From the NCBI RefSeq assembly GCF_009914755.1, contig NC_060944.1: DNA of 64,000 bases; one strand, written 5' to 3'. The position numbers and the translations under genes are program-made. The number at the start of each line of letters is the position of its first letter. Positions within the stretch are counted from its first letter, which is position 1. The notes below the pieces were generated by a model. The model searched no databases, was not told the DNA's origin, and saw nothing but the letters and a program-made list of their open reading frames with translations. This document shows, in pieces, positions 13,388 to 27,689 of this stretch. The stretch is from the human T2T-CHM13v2.0 reference genome, Homo sapiens.

Positions 13388-15834
13388 ATATCATCTTTAC
13401 TAGCAATCAGGCAATAACTGCATAGTTTTTAGAAGAAAATCAGATTGGCTAGAATAAAAAAAAATTAATTTCAAAATTGGCAGAAAGCAGAAAGTGTAAG
13501 CTTATACAGATATTTTTCTCTTTTTGTGGAGGGCAACTTGTTATTGTGAATCAATACTTAAAATTATTTGACCCAACAGTTCTTTATCTAGTAACCTGTA
13601 CATCAAAAATAACTAACTTGCACAAAGAGATCCCAACAAAGAATGCATTATGTCATGGTTTGACCTAAAAAATTAGAAATAATCTAAACATCCATCAGAA
13701 AGTCAATATTCAAATCGTGCAGTCATATTATAGAATTTTATACACATTTTTAGAGAAGTATATTTTTAAGAACTGGCATGGAAAATGCTTATGAACATTA
13801 GTAAATGTAAAGATAAGTTGCACACTATAGATAAAGAGATCCCAGTTTTGGAAAATAAAAAATATGTATAAGTAACATATCCATCTCCATTTTCTCTACG
13901 ACAACCTCAGTAATATCTACATTGCTTATTTATGTGTGTGTGAGTGTGTGTGTGTGTAAGAAAGATTCTGGGGGAATATACAACATACTGTTAACAATGA
14001 TTACTTCAGGATAATGGAATTGGAAGGGAGAGATTTTGATTTTTCACCACCTATATTTTTATAGTGTCTGAATATTTTACAATAAGTTACAACACTCTTG
14101 TAACTTAAAAAATGTCTGATGTACCAAGGAAAATGCTGTCAACAGCTATTCAAACTGTTATAATGTCCCTTAAAATCCTCATTCCAAATGCTGTCAACAA
14201 TAATTGCCAGGTTTATCATCACAGAATATCCTTGGGGCTTACAAACTTGCCTAGGAAATTTTTTGAGATTGTGTCTGTCTAATAGTTGTCAAAACTTCAA
14301 GTTAAATTAATTAACCTTGATACCATTCCTGAGGCTTGCCCACACAATCTTTGCCCATTCTAGCACTTTGCTTCCAGTTGGCTATAGACGTTATGTGCTA
14401 ATGAAGGCTGCTGCTAAATTCCAATCTAATAAAAGCTGCTCAAGATCTTACCAAAATAAACAAAAACATGAGTTCCCAATGGAGTTATGTTGGTTACTCT
14501 TTGGCCTAAAACAACAACAACAACAAAGAAAACCATGAACTGCAAGTGTGCTAGACATTTAGAATTAATAATAAAAATAGCTTATGAGTGTGTACTTATT
14601 ATTGCTTTATATAAGCTGCCTGATTTCTTTGCAGTAATGTGAATAAAAGTCATATAATATGACTCTAGGGCCATTTGTGCCTTTAAGTTACCAAACCTCG
14701 ACATCAGTGGAAATGACATGGCCTATTATATTATGGACAAATGTCCTGCTTTCATCAAAGCCCATGGGGTCAAACCAAAACTGAGAATTTATTTTCAAAG
14801 AACAATATCCCAGTTTTGTTTTGCACAAAACTTCTTTACTCTGAAGCTGATTAGAAGAGCTGTCCAAACCATTTAGAATTTAAGATCTACTGGGATAATT
14901 CCAAGCCCATACGGATAAGCCTAGGAGAAAAAGCCCTCAATAAATTAATTTCTGAATTAAGTGGAAACTCAAAAATATGCCACTTAGAGAAAGACAATTA
15001 TCACCACAAATGAGGGAGAGTTTAAAATTAAAATGTCGTATTCTTCTCAAATAGAAATTCATTCTATGTCCTGAAATTCTTCAATATAAATAAACATATT
15101 CTTTAGAAATAAATGTTCACTGAAATTCTTATTTTTCCTCCTTTGCAAACAACAGTCATCTCAAGCAAAGAAAACTTGCTCTGTCTTGTTTTCATGCCTT
15201 CATTTCTTAACTCCGTTGCCCTTATTTTATCTTTTTGGTATTTTGAGGGAAATCTCAAGGTAAAAACAAGTTGTAAAGTTGTAATTCCCGAAGTCTCAAG
15301 TTTTGCCTCTTGAAATCCTGATTTAGAAGCAAGTTTCCCACGCAATCGTGCAAATTGAAGTAATTACCTGGGAGTACTCAGTATCTTGGAGACCATTCTA
15401 GAGGATTGTTTCAGGCAGAAGAGGCTGAGCAAGGAAGAATGCTGTTTGTGATGCATTTGTTTCCATCAGGAGTAATAACCACCCCAATCACATATGTACC
15501 ATTCCAGCCTCATTGGTTTCCTCCCTTTTGCCGGAATAAGGTATTTAATTTCTGCTCACTTTCTCCCCTTCTCTCCTTTTCCCCATTAACCTAATTCCCA
15601 CTCTTCATTTAGAGCCCATCTAAATCTGACCAATACTTTTAAGTTTTCTCAAGCTTTTCTGGTCTGGAAATCCCTTCTTGCCTTATCAATTAAAATCTGC
15701 AGGCTTCAAGAGGTGCTTAGCTCAATTATGCCCATATCATCAATGATTTTGTAACAACTGTATTTTCTCTCCAAAAGTATATTGAAAACCCTTAACCCCA
15801 TTAGGTTAAGGTCCTAATGCTACACATTTTTCTA

Positions 15835-16090
15835 GTTTTAAAAATTAAGGTATAATTCTTCCCTTTTTGTATATTAATTCCACAAGTTCTAACAAATGAC
15901 ATATTCCATCGTATGTGTGTACCATAGTTTTTTTTATTGACTCCCAAGCTGAAGGACTTTTGAGTTATTTACAACTTGGATGACTATGAATATAATAACT
16001 TAAAAACATGTACGTAAAGAGTTTTGTGTGAATACACGTTTTCATTTCATTGCGGTAAATACATAGGAGTAGGATTGTCAAGTCCTGTAG
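15835..16090 (-). mobile_element. L1ME-like fragment
   Basis: ATATTCCATCGTATGTGTGTACCATAG..GGTAAATACATAGGAGTAGGATTG. Confidence 0.55.
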
Positions 16091-16240
16091 CACACATATA
16101 ACTTCTACTGTATTTCCTAATGTACCTGCAAACTGTTTCACGTAACTGAGACAGTTGGGCTTCCTTCCTTTAGTGATCTGAGTAAAATGGTTCAGACCAC
16201 TACCAGCATATAACCTCAGGAAGTTTAAAGTTATCCCCTA

Positions 16241-16604
<364 letters not shown>

Positions 16605-17149
16605 TTACCAGGACCTTTCATGATGTCTTCCCCCACCACCTCACAACTTCACCAATAATAACCTGGATACGAAATTTGCAAGACCTTCCAATTACTCATA
16701 CAGTGTCCAGTCACACAGGAAACATGAGTAAGCATCATAAATTTTACTGAAAGTTTATCAGGGCATAAGTTGTGTAGGTTGAGTGTTACATTTTACACCC
16801 CTCAAAAAACAACTAAAAAATTACGTCTTAAACATCCCTGTTCTTTCAAGGAATCCCAACTTGGACACTCACCATTCCGGATTCTTTCTGTTCATCCCCT
16901 TTTAGGAGCTACTCTTGTCAACTTCTCTCCAACTCTGAAGTTACTTTATTTCCTCTATATGTAGGGCAACTCAGCTCTCTCTGTTATTCCCAATGGTTCT
17001 TATGTACATTCGTATAAAGTCCTCAGCAAAACAAATGCAAAACAGGAAAGTTAAGGTTATTTTCCCTAATTAGAGTGCATCATGACAGTTTCTTATTAAG
17101 TTCTAGTTCTTTGAAAGTCGAATATTCATTTATGGTACAAGTTGATAAC

Positions 17150-17676
17150 TATCAGTTAGCTAGTACTGTGTAATAAACCATTCTCAAATTTAATGGCTCA
17201 AAGAAACAAACATTTCTTTTTGCTCATGGGGTTTCTTAAGGTCAGTTGGGAAGTTCTGGTCTCAGCTGGTTTCATTCATGTCTCTACAGTCAACAGTTGT
17301 TGGTTAGGTAGCTCTGTTGATGGAGGCTGGGCTTCCTCAATACTTGGCTGTAAGATGTTTTAACAGGGCCTTGGATAAGACTACTGAGCTCTCAACTATG
17401 TTGTCTCCCATTTTCCAACCAAATAGTCCCTTATTTACAACGCAATGGTGGGAGTCCAAAAGAAAGTGTGGAAGTGTGCATGCACCCCTCAGAACTAGCA
17501 TACCATCGCTTCCAAACCATTACATTAGCTAAGCAACTCACAAGACCAGCCCAGATTCCAGAGTAAGGAAATAGACTCCACTTGTCAATGGGGGTTGCTA
17601 CAGAGTCACATTATGTAGAGGATGCATATATGAAAGATAAAGAGTTAGAGACATTTAAAAAATCAATCTACCACAC
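17150..17676 (-). mobile_element. MaLR solo LTR, old MLT1 class
   Basis: TATCAGTTAGCTAGTACTGTGTAATAAACC..CCAGCCCAGATTCCAGAGTAAGGAAATAGACTCCAC..AATCTACCACA. Confidence 0.75.
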
Positions 17677-17812
17677 ATACATAAGTAGAATATTCTATTA
17701 TTTAGAAGATCTAATTTCCCTATAATTCTAAATAAGTAAAAGTTTCATTTTATTTAGCTCATGAACACAAATCTAATTAAACTTCACACTTTATTTAAAA
17801 ATGTATTTTCCC

Positions 17813-18159
<347 letters not shown>

Positions 18160-19632
18160 TTAATTTAATCAACTACCCATAACCTACAACTTAGACAGTA
18201 CCTCTGTGGTTTTCTGTTGGTTATTTTAGTCAGTACCATTGAATTTATTTAAATAAAGAATATTTAAAGGATTGTGTAGAAAAAGTTTTTAAAGATATCG
18301 TTAAATAAAAAGGAAGCTGAGTTACAACTTAGAACTTCCCTAATATGTTTTCCTTTTGGGAAGGAAAGTGTTTTTATGAAGTTATACACGCATATAGTTA
18401 AAAGATTACAATAGTTCTTCAAATATTTGTTATGAAAAACATGAGTCCCCTACATCCCTGCAGCCACCCCCAATGCCTTCTTTCAACAGACAAGCATTCC
18501 CAACCTTTTACAACTATTCTTTTGGTTTAGACATCCTTATGGCTTGTAATTGCACATTTATACTTATCCCTTTGTATTTTCAGTCTTGGGCATTACCTAC
18601 TGTCTTCCTGATACGAAAAATAGTGACTCCTACATGATCTCTCTCTCTCGCATCTTCCAGCTCCCCCGTGTCCTCCCCACCCTGAAATATACCTTTTGCC
18701 TCTCCTCATCCTCTTAGGATAGTTACATTCCAACTTGGGTTAGAATAATATGCAATTATTACAATGATTAATAATGCTATCTACAACTGATCCACATGAT
18801 ATACTGTATTTTTTTCATTTCTTGCAAACTTTTTATCTGCAATTAATTGTCCATCTAGTTTATTTTCTTAATTCCCCATGTATTTATTTTTTAATAATTC
18901 AACCCCAAATGCTCTGCCAGTTACTTATCTCACTGACTGCTCCTCTTTAAATGTTCAGATATATCATTATCCAATAATTTTATTTTCTCAAATACATTTC
19001 TCCCAAACCTTTCTGGCAAGCTTTCATCAGAAGAGTTGCCGTGAGTCTGGTGAATCAATGTCCTTCTGATAATTGTCTTTCTCTCTTCCCTATATTGGAT
19101 TCTCTATTTCTTAAGCCCTGTCTTATTCTTTTGTGGTTTGTTTATTCATTTTGGTGTGCACATCCTCTGGTAGCTTCCAAAGAAAGATTTTGGAGGCCTT
19201 GTATTGTCTGGAAATATTCTAAACTTACATTAAGTTACATGTTGTGAAGGTATAAAATTCTAGGTCAAAAAGACATTTCCTTTGGAATTGTAAACCATGT
19301 TTCCATTGTCTATAGCTTCCAGTGATATCTATAGCTTCTAGTTCTGGTCATGAGGGGTCTAAGACCATTCTCAATTTTTATTCTTTAATTACAACTTTAA
19401 AAAATATCTTTGAAGCTTGCAGTAACTCCTCTTCATCCTATGTCTTTGATATTTCCCCATTGTCTTGGCATAGGAATATTTTCAATTATTGCTGAAAATA
19501 AATGAAAAATTATTCATTTTCCTAGGATTTTTCAATCAGGAAACTTATCCACCTCCATTTTGGGAAATTTCTCAAATCATTGTTTCTTCCTATACCTGAT
19601 ATTTCCCTAATACCTGATATTTCTTTGCAATA

Positions 19633-19870
19633 TTCTCTCTTTTCTTTCTTTCTTTCTTTCTTTTTTCTTTTCTTTCTTTCTCTCTCTCTTTCTTTCCTTC
19701 TTTCCCTCACTTCCTTCCTTCCCTCCCTTCCTTCCTTCCCTTTCCTTCCCTTTCTTTCCTTCCTTTCTCTCTCTCTCTTTCTTTTTTTCTTTCTTCTCTT
19801 TCTCTCTTTCTTTTCTTTTCTTTTTGCTTTCAGATCTTGTGGGAGTATTTCTTTTTTTTCCTCTCCTATT
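19633..19870. repeat. CT-rich low-complexity / (TTTC)n-(TTCC)n tract
   Basis: Directly visible; explains the K/R/E- and F/L/S-rich ORFs. Confidence 0.95.
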
Positions 19871-20495
19871 TCCATTTCTATCTTTACATTCTTTCATTTG
19901 TGGAAACATTTTCAACTTTATTTTCTGATACTTCCATGGAGTTTTTAAGTTTGTTCTCACATTTTAATTTCTAACATTTAAAAAAAATGATTTGAAGTTT
20001 TCTTTTAATATCTTCTTCTATTGTTCATAAATACAATATTTTCTTTTATGATTTGAGCATATTAATGTAGGTGTTTTAAAATTTCTTCTCATTGCATAAT
20101 ATGTTTTCTCCAAATAGATTTTTTTTTTGGTCTATTTATTTTGGTCTTAATCTTTTATGATAAAGAATTTCCTAAGTGTCTAGTGATCCTCAACAATCTG
20201 CTTATGTTTAAACCTAGGGCCCTGAAAGCTCATTAGATGCTCTGAACCAGTGGATGGGCTTTGTTAACTCTGGGCTTTACCATGGAGGTGTCTAAGGGAG
20301 GTTTCTGAGATAATCTTTAAAGTCAGAGTTCTTAGCTCTTTCTCCTTGGGCTGCTCAAATTCCCCAGAGAAAAACTTTTAATTTTGTACCTGGATGATAT
20401 AGGCCTTGCTGCCAGCACTCTGGGAAATAAATGGGAAAAGAAGGCTGGAGATCTCAGAGTTAAGTATGCAAATACAGGACCACCACTAAGCTGGA

Positions 20496-20605
20496 AGGAT
20501 AACCAAACATCATGGTTTGCCCTGGACTGAGGAGTCTGCTGGGATGTGAGACTTTTAGTGCTAAAACCAGTATGGTTCCAGGCAAACCAAGACAGTCACT
20601 TTAGC
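20496..20605. mobile_element. MER81-like hAT MITE
   Basis: GGTTTGCCCTGGACTGAGG..GACTTTTAGTGCTAAAACCAG..CCAGGCAAACC. Confidence 0.65.
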
Positions 20606-21448
20606 CTGGACAACATTCTTAAAAGGACCTTTCTCTGGCCCTTCTTTGTTGATACCTTTTCCCATAGCCAAGGGCACCATCCCCCGTTTGTAGACTGTGT
20701 TTCAGAATTCTGCCAAGTGGCCTCAAGCTTGCTTCCAGGGACTATGTGGGCCTGTTCCCTCAGTCTGTCCCTCTGAGGATGAACAATTTTACCAGCCAGT
20801 GTATGCACCCCTGAAACCAAGAGATATACAAGAGTGTCCATTTGCAGGAGTCTGATAGAGCTTGCACAGGAGGGCTGGGTGTCCACAGGTGCTCATTCAA
20901 GGCCCTGACAGTCAAGAAAGAAATCAGGGTGTGAAGGCAAGGAAGGGAGGCCAGGGCCACAGCTCCCATGAATACTCTTGCTTTGGGCTCTGAAAACGTC
21001 AGATGCAGGCCTGGACCTTCCTGTTTTCACTGTACCTCCAACCCTCCAGCCCAGAGACTTTTCAGTTACCCTCTCCCACTACTAAACTTCCGGTATTTTA
21101 CCAGAATGAAGAAAGATGATTGCCTGGCCACAAAGAATGGACTGTAGGATCTTGCAATTGAACTCAAGAGACTTCCAATCAATCCCCTGTTATGGCGCCA
21201 CCTTCTTCCCCACTTCCAGGGATACCCAGTACTGCCAACTTCTGAGCCTGCTGGAGGTCAGTGGCTGCTAATTGGACTGCTTCTCCTCAGTCCCCACTTG
21301 AGGCTTATCACTTGACCTTCTTTGGTTTGCTAAGTCAGGTTCTTCTGATTCACCCATTTTCTAGCTTCCAATATTTTATGTTGTAGCTGCCTCTCCTGTC
21401 CCTTGTACTAGTAGGTCTTACTCCTTTTTTTTTTTAAATTGGTTTACT

Positions 21449-21730
21449 CATCATTCTCAGCAAACTAACACAAGAACAGAAAACCAAACACCACATGTTC
21501 TCACTCATAAGTGGGAATTGAACAATGAGAACACATGGACACAGGGAGGGGAACATCACACATGGGGACCTGTCGGGGGTTGGGGGCTAGGGGAGGAAGC
21601 ACATTAGGAGAAATACCTAATGTAGGTGATGGGTTGATGGGTGCAGCAAACCACCATGGCACATGTATAACTACGTAACAAACCTCCACGTTCTGCACAT
21701 GTACCCCAGAACTTAAAGTATAATAAAAAA
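21449..21730 (+). mobile_element. 5'-truncated L1PA (PA7/8-like) 3' end
   Basis: L1PA 3' UTR ending GAACTTAAAGTATAATAAAAAA; 12-bp TSD AATTGGTTTACT (21437/21732). Confidence 0.92.
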
Positions 21731-22489
21731 CAATTGGTTTACTGTTACATGAATAAGGTTTACAGAGGGACAGAAAATGATTGTTTTCAATCACATATCT
21801 CTATTAGGAAGTTGAAATGTCAAAATATTTCCAGCAAAAGAGTAAATAGGAGGAAAAATAAATAAATTTGGGCAAAGATATGGGTGAGAAAATGGGAAAC
21901 AGTGAATCCTTGTTTGACCCACTAACGAAACAATATCCCAAAATTACATGAGATAACATCTACCAGTTTGTTTGTCACCAAATTCATTATATCAAGCAAA
22001 CATGCATCTGCTCTGGAATGGGCGGAGAAAGCAAAGGGAATTGAATTTCTTCCCAAGATATTATTTCCAGCCTCTCCTAGTGATAAGCTGTGGTGATTGT
22101 GCTACTTTACATATGGTTGGAGGATAAGAGCAACTACAAGCTCTTAAATAACACATACATCTAAAACAATTTTTTTAATTAAGTGTTTGAGTATGGCATT
22201 GAAAAAATGGACCATAGCCTTACTTTAGCCTAAGTTCCTGGGTAGTGAAGACAGTTGGCAGCATATTCAGGGCTAGAATCCTCATGAGTGTGGTGGGACA
22301 GGGGATCATCCATGCACCCCCTACAGCCATCACCTTGCAACATAAAGGCAGGCCCTGGCCAAAGGGAGTAGCAGGTATTGCCATCAAGGCCAAGCCAAGC
22401 CTGCATTGGCTCAGAGAAAAGGAACTGACTTGACAATATGCCTAGTGTGGATTCATGTAATGCATTATTTCACTGAAAACTTCTAGATC

Positions 22490-22600
22490 TCATCTTACAT
22501 GCAAAGAATGAAATGCCCAAAGGGGTTAAGTAATTTACTCATGGCGCACGGTAGCTACTCAGTGGTGGAACTCGGTATCCCATCCAATTCTGTCTAGTTC
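22490..22600. mobile_element. MIR fragment
   Basis: GGGGTTAAGTAATTTACTCATGGCGCACGGTAGCTACTCAGTGGTGGAACT resembles the MIR core. Confidence 0.5.
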
Positions 22601-23554
22601 TTTGAAACTTTCCATATAAAAATCATCATGAATCTGGACAGGGGCAGGGGCTTTTACTATGGTTTTCCAGGTAGCAAGATGAGGGGTCTTTGGACATGGC
22701 TTTTCTCTATCTAGGTACAGTGCACTGGGCCTGCCTATGGCAACATGGTCTAGATAGCAGAGTGTGTCTCTGGCAGATGGGTTCTCTTTACTAGGCAGTG
22801 CACTCGGCTTCCCTCACATGCGGGGTCCAGCTGACTTCTGGATTTCCAATCTTCTCCCTATGGATAATCAGACAATCACTATCTTATAATTTTAGGGGCA
22901 ATATACTCAAATTATTAAATGTACTGACATTTCCTTGTTCTTGGCGCTCTACATTTTGTGTTGTTGTTGTTGTAATTATAGAATGAGTGTGTCTGTTTCA
23001 TATTAGGGTTCTCAACCAATTGAGATCAGATGTATGGTAAAAGTAAGGGATCTTTTCCTTCCTGGGTCTAGAATTTATTTATTTATTTTTGTCACTTTGA
23101 ACTACTTTGAATCTATTCTTCTTCCACAAAGCTCACTGGGTTAGGCTTTTAAGGAAAAAGCTCATAGAAGTCATCTTAAGTACTGTAAGACTTCATGAAG
23201 TATTTGAAATAAAATGCCCATGGACATATGAACTGCCATCTCAGCCATTCATCCAGGCCTTATGAAGAATGGCCTCAGGTCTTCTGTAACACAGCTCAGG
23301 GGCTACAAGGTCAGGCAAGGCTCCAGAAAAGAGGACAACTGTGCAGCCACAGACCTTGGCAACAGAGGCTGGTGGGTGCACTGGCCCAGCCAGTAAAGGG
23401 CACAAAGCCTAATAGCATCTCCTCCCAGGCCCTTCGGTGCAGATAACAGCCTGATGCAGCTCCTCTCTGTCTCTGCTTCTTTCTGATGGTCTTTCTCATC
23501 TGCTTCCACTTCCAAATAATTTACTTCACTTTTAGTGGCATTTAAACAGAAAAT

Positions 23555-23587
23555 TGTTTCTTTACTTAACAATACTTCTGACACCAA

Positions 23588-23626
<39 letters not shown>

Positions 23627-24342
23627 CACCAACAACCAATTCTCCAACTCTCTGCAGACACCAACAGGGAGTACTACAATTTAATTCAATTCTGACATTA
23701 ACTACCCAGAGTTAGTGTGGACCCCACAAATCAAGCACTCGGTCCCACAAGACTGCCCCCAACTTCAGGTGCCAATCACAAATAAAGGGTCCCCAGGTTG
23801 TCCTTGCTTCTGTCTGACATAGCTACTAATAGAGGATATTTATTGTAATGGCTAATAGAACTCAGGGAAATACTTGACTTACTGTTTTTTATAACGGTTA
23901 TTATAAATGATACAAAAGAACAACCAGATGGGGAGGGGCACAGAGCGAGGTCAAGCACAGGAGTTTCTGTCCCGGTGAAGCTGGAGTCCACCATCCTCCC
24001 TCCCAGCATGGGGGTGCATCATCAACCTGGAAATCCTTTGAACACTTTTGTTTAGGGTTATAATGGAGGCCCCTTTACATAGACATGATTGAGTAAATCA
24101 TTGGCACTATGGAGATTAACTCAGTCTCCAGCCCCTCTCCTTTCCTTGGAGGTCAGGAGTGAGGCTGAAATTTCCAACCCTCTAATCACATAGTTTGTTC
24201 CTGGGGTGATCGGCCCTCAACCTTTCAGAGTCACCTCATTAGAATGAAAGTTGCTTCTGTCTCCCAGAATTAAAAGGATTTTAGGAATTCTGTGTCAGGA
24301 ACTGGGGACAGAGACTACATATATATCTCTTATTATGTCACA
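23555..24342 (-). mobile_element. MER21-family solo LTR containing (TG)n at 23589-23620
   Basis: Minus strand starts TGTGACATAATAAGAGATATATATGTAGTCTCTGTCCCCAGTTCCTGACACAG; ACTTCTGACACCAAATGTG motif. Confidence 0.8.
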
Positions 24343-24349
24343 GTAATTA

Positions 24350-25250
24350 TTTTATTTTTAATTTTATAAAGTAAAAATTATTAAATATGATTTTTAAAAT
24401 AGTAAAAATGCCCATATAGTTATTATCCAGAATTAGCAACTGTTAATATTTGATTATATTTGCTTTCAGAAATAAATATAACGTTAGAAATGTGTTCCCT
24501 TTCAGTCAGAAATCCCCTGGGTTTTTTCTAACTCCTTCTGCAAAGGGAACAATGGTCAATGGTGGATTTCTTTCCACTCCATGTTTTATACCATAAACAA
24601 TAAGTATAATAGAATATAAAATATATGTGTTTATTATTTACATAAATAGTATCAAAGTATATCTTGCCTCTTCTTACTTAAAGTTATATTTTGGAGGTCT
24701 AGCAATTTGATTTTCATATATTTATGCATGTATGTACATACACATAACAGTCATTTCTTTTGGTTTCTGTATAGTATTTCACCATATAGATAAGTTACAT
24801 TTCATTTATTTCCTCATTAATGGACACTTAGATTGATTTAATCTTTCTGTAATGTACAGTTGTTGCAATAAACACTCTCCTAACATCTGCTTATGCATAT
24901 ATGCAATCATGTATCTACTGTGAATTCTCAGAAGTGGAATTGTTAAGTCAAATGCTAAGCGCATTTTCAATTTTATTCTGCCAAATTGCTCTCTAAAATG
25001 GGTGTCTCATTTGACATTCTCAGGGCAATGCTTAGAAGTTTCATTGTTTTCAATACTTTGCCAAGACTTGGTTTCAGCAGATTAAAAAAAAATTTCCCCA
25101 TCAAATGGATGAATTTAGCATTTCTTTTTCTTTCTTTTTTTTTAATTCTTGCATTTTTCTGAAAACTAATCAGGTTGAGTTTCTTTTAGGTTGTTGATTG
25201 GCCACTTGAGTTTTATTTTCTGCTTTTTTCTTAAGTTTTAGGATGTTTGC
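24350..25250 (-). mobile_element. L1ME-like fragment
   Basis: ATGGACACTTAGATTG..AGAAGTGGAATTGTTAAGTCA..TGCCAAATTGCTCTCTAAAA. Confidence 0.6.
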
Positions 25251-25254
25251 TCAT

Positions 25255-26230
25255 TTGCACATTCAACCAATATGTATAGGTTACTTACTGTGGCCAGGCC
25301 CTCTTCTGTGCATTATGAGTTCAGGTGGTGAACAAGACAGACAAACACCATGGCTCCCTTAGGGTTTGTATTCTGGAGAAACTGGGATAGGCAAGAAATA
25401 ATCTAATAAAAGAACAAAGAAATTTCTTTGTTCATCCATGAACAAAGCATCCATGAGAATTTGAGACAATGAAGAAAATTAACACGTGATGTGACAGTAA
25501 CAGAGAAGGGGCAGTGAATTCCAGTGGGTGATCCATCAGGGAGTGGCTTTCTGAGGAGGATACATTTAAGTGGAGATTTGAATAACAAGAAGGAGCCAGA
25601 TACCTACAAACTGTGGGTGGAGATGCCAGCAGAGGAAGCAGCAAGTGCAAAGACCCTGAGAACACAAATGTGATGTGTTCTAAGGGTAGAATGAAGGCTT
25701 CGGTAGTTGCATCCCAGGAAGAAAAAGGCAGGGAGGTAAGGGGTTAAGAGCCCATACGATGCAGGGACTTTTATTTCATGCCAAGACGCTGATGTTAATC
25801 TAAGAGCAATGTAAGGCTTTGGAGGAAGCAGGGGTGCATGATGTAGTCTGATTTACTTTTTAGAAATGCCCCGCTAGCTGCTGGGTATAAAATGAATTGG
25901 AAGGAAGAATTAAAGAGAATAGTCAAGAGACCACTGAAACGTTCCAGGATAGAGATGACGGAGGCTTGGACAAAGTTGTTAGCAGAGGAGATGAGGAGAA
26001 ATGGGCAGATTTAGGATATACCTTGGAGAAAGAGGTTACAGTACTTTGCGATAGATTGATTGGAGAATAGAAGTGGAGAGAACCGGAATAATCAAAAATA
26101 GTTCCTTTGAGTTTGAACAAGTGAGTGAGTGGTAGAACCATTTACCAAGATAGCCAAGACCAGAGGAAGTGTGAGTGGAAATAGAGATGAGTGCAAAACC
26201 TCTTGGATGTCTGAATGTCCTGGCACTAAT
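25255..26230 (-). mobile_element. L2 3' region
   Basis: CATTCAACCAATATGTATAG..TACTTACTGTGGCCAGGC..GGTGAACAAGACAGAC and downstream L2 motifs. Confidence 0.75.
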
Positions 26231-26252
26231 ATTAGTATCAGGGCTTAGCAAC

Positions 26253-27060
26253 TGTGTAAGTCAAGATCCTGCTGGTAAATGGGACCTGAGGCCAGGCGCG
26301 GTGGCCCACGCCTGTAATCGCTGCACTTTGGGAGGCCGAGGCAGGTGGATCACTTGAGGTCAGGAGTTCGAGACCAGCCAGGCCAACATGGTTAAATCCC
26401 ATCTCTACTGAAAATACAAAAATTAGCCAGGCATGGTTGCCTACGCCTGTAGTCCCACTTACTCGGGAGGCTGAGGCAGGAAAATTGCTTGAACCTGGGA
26501 GGCAGAGGTTGCAGTGAGCCGAGATTGTACCACTTCACTGCAGCCTGGGGAACAGACGAAGACTCCATCTCAAAAACAAAATAAAACAAAAAAAAAAGAG
26601 AATAGGACCCAGTGAAGATTGTTCAAGAGACTTCAATGAGGAGATTTCTTAGGAGGTATGGGTAGGGTTAAGGGAAACCACAGGATGGTTATGGTATCCC
26701 GGGACTTGCCATGGTAGGAGGCTATTACCACCACAGACCTGAAGGGGAAAGGGAAGGAAGCAGAGGTAATGGAGCTTAATAAGAGTAGGGATCTCAAGGC
26801 AACCACTGCTACAAAAACAGGAAAGGCAGAGAGGGAGTCAAGGGAATAAATGCCCTGACTTCCCTCTCTCCTCTCACCAACCTCTCTTGCTGCTGGCTCC
26901 CAAATCCAACCAGAGACCAGAGGGCAAGAGAGTCTAGACCAGGAAGTACATAGACACCATTACCGCTATCCCCTCCCAAGACCTAAAACAGGGCAGAAAA
27001 GGGCAAAAAACGGGTCTCGTTGGTGGGAGGAAGGTGAGCAAATAGAACATAACTGGCAAA
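26253..27060. mobile_element. ERVL-class solo LTR (LTR41/LTR67-like) interrupted by AluS
   Basis: GGGTAGGGTTAAGGGAAACCAC..TTACCACCACAGACCTGAAGGGG motifs; family uncertain. Confidence 0.5.
26290..26597 (+). mobile_element. AluS (Sx/Sz-like)
   Basis: GGATCACTTGAGGTCAGGAGTTCGAGACCAGCC; full dimer. Confidence 0.92.
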
Positions 27061-27689
27061 GCAACCTATAGAATGTTTGCTGTGGCACATGGGCAAGTCA
27101 CCCCAAGGTCCTTTTTCATGCTGGTTTTGAGGACACAACAGTTAGCAAAATAATCTTTTCTCTTCCCACTCATGTTGATGAGACTCAGTGGGACTTACTT
27201 ATACTCTCACATTTCAGTAGACAGTAATAATGATTTCATTCAAAATGTGGAGTCTGTATGATCCCTCTTCATGCCTGACTTCCTGCCTGGATCCAGTATG
27301 ATCAGATCTTTGACTGTCCTAAGCACTTTCCATGGCTCTGTACCATTTAATGAATAAAAACCTCTTTTTTTTTTTGCCTTGCATTCAAGGTCATCCTTCC
27401 TATTTTGGCTTTAGCCATCATTCCTCAATATTTCTCCTGCTCTCTCCCTGCAAAAATCCTAGATTGTGGTCTTGTACTTTCCAATTTTTTGCCTTTACTC
27501 TTGCCCATTTCTGCCTTTTTTTTTAATTTTAGGGACAAATGAAATGCCTGAAATACTCTGGTGAGCCTCCTATACTCAAGTTAACTGGAAACAAACCTGC
27601 CTTGCCACTGTTCTCTTCTGTGTGGCATAGAATCGGTCGCTCATAAATCAAAGTCATGAGGGTTGAGGAAAGGGTTAAAACTAACACAC

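Larger units (their letters stand above)
18370..21420 (-). mobile_element. Highly decayed L1M/HAL1-like sequence
   Basis: T-rich antisense-L1 character with motifs such as GGTATAAAATTCTAGGT and CTTTTCAATCAGGAAACT; family uncertain. Confidence 0.4.

Noticed and set aside
19522-19960. K/R/E-rich and F/L/S-rich ORFs
   Set aside because: Translations of a CT-rich low-complexity tract.
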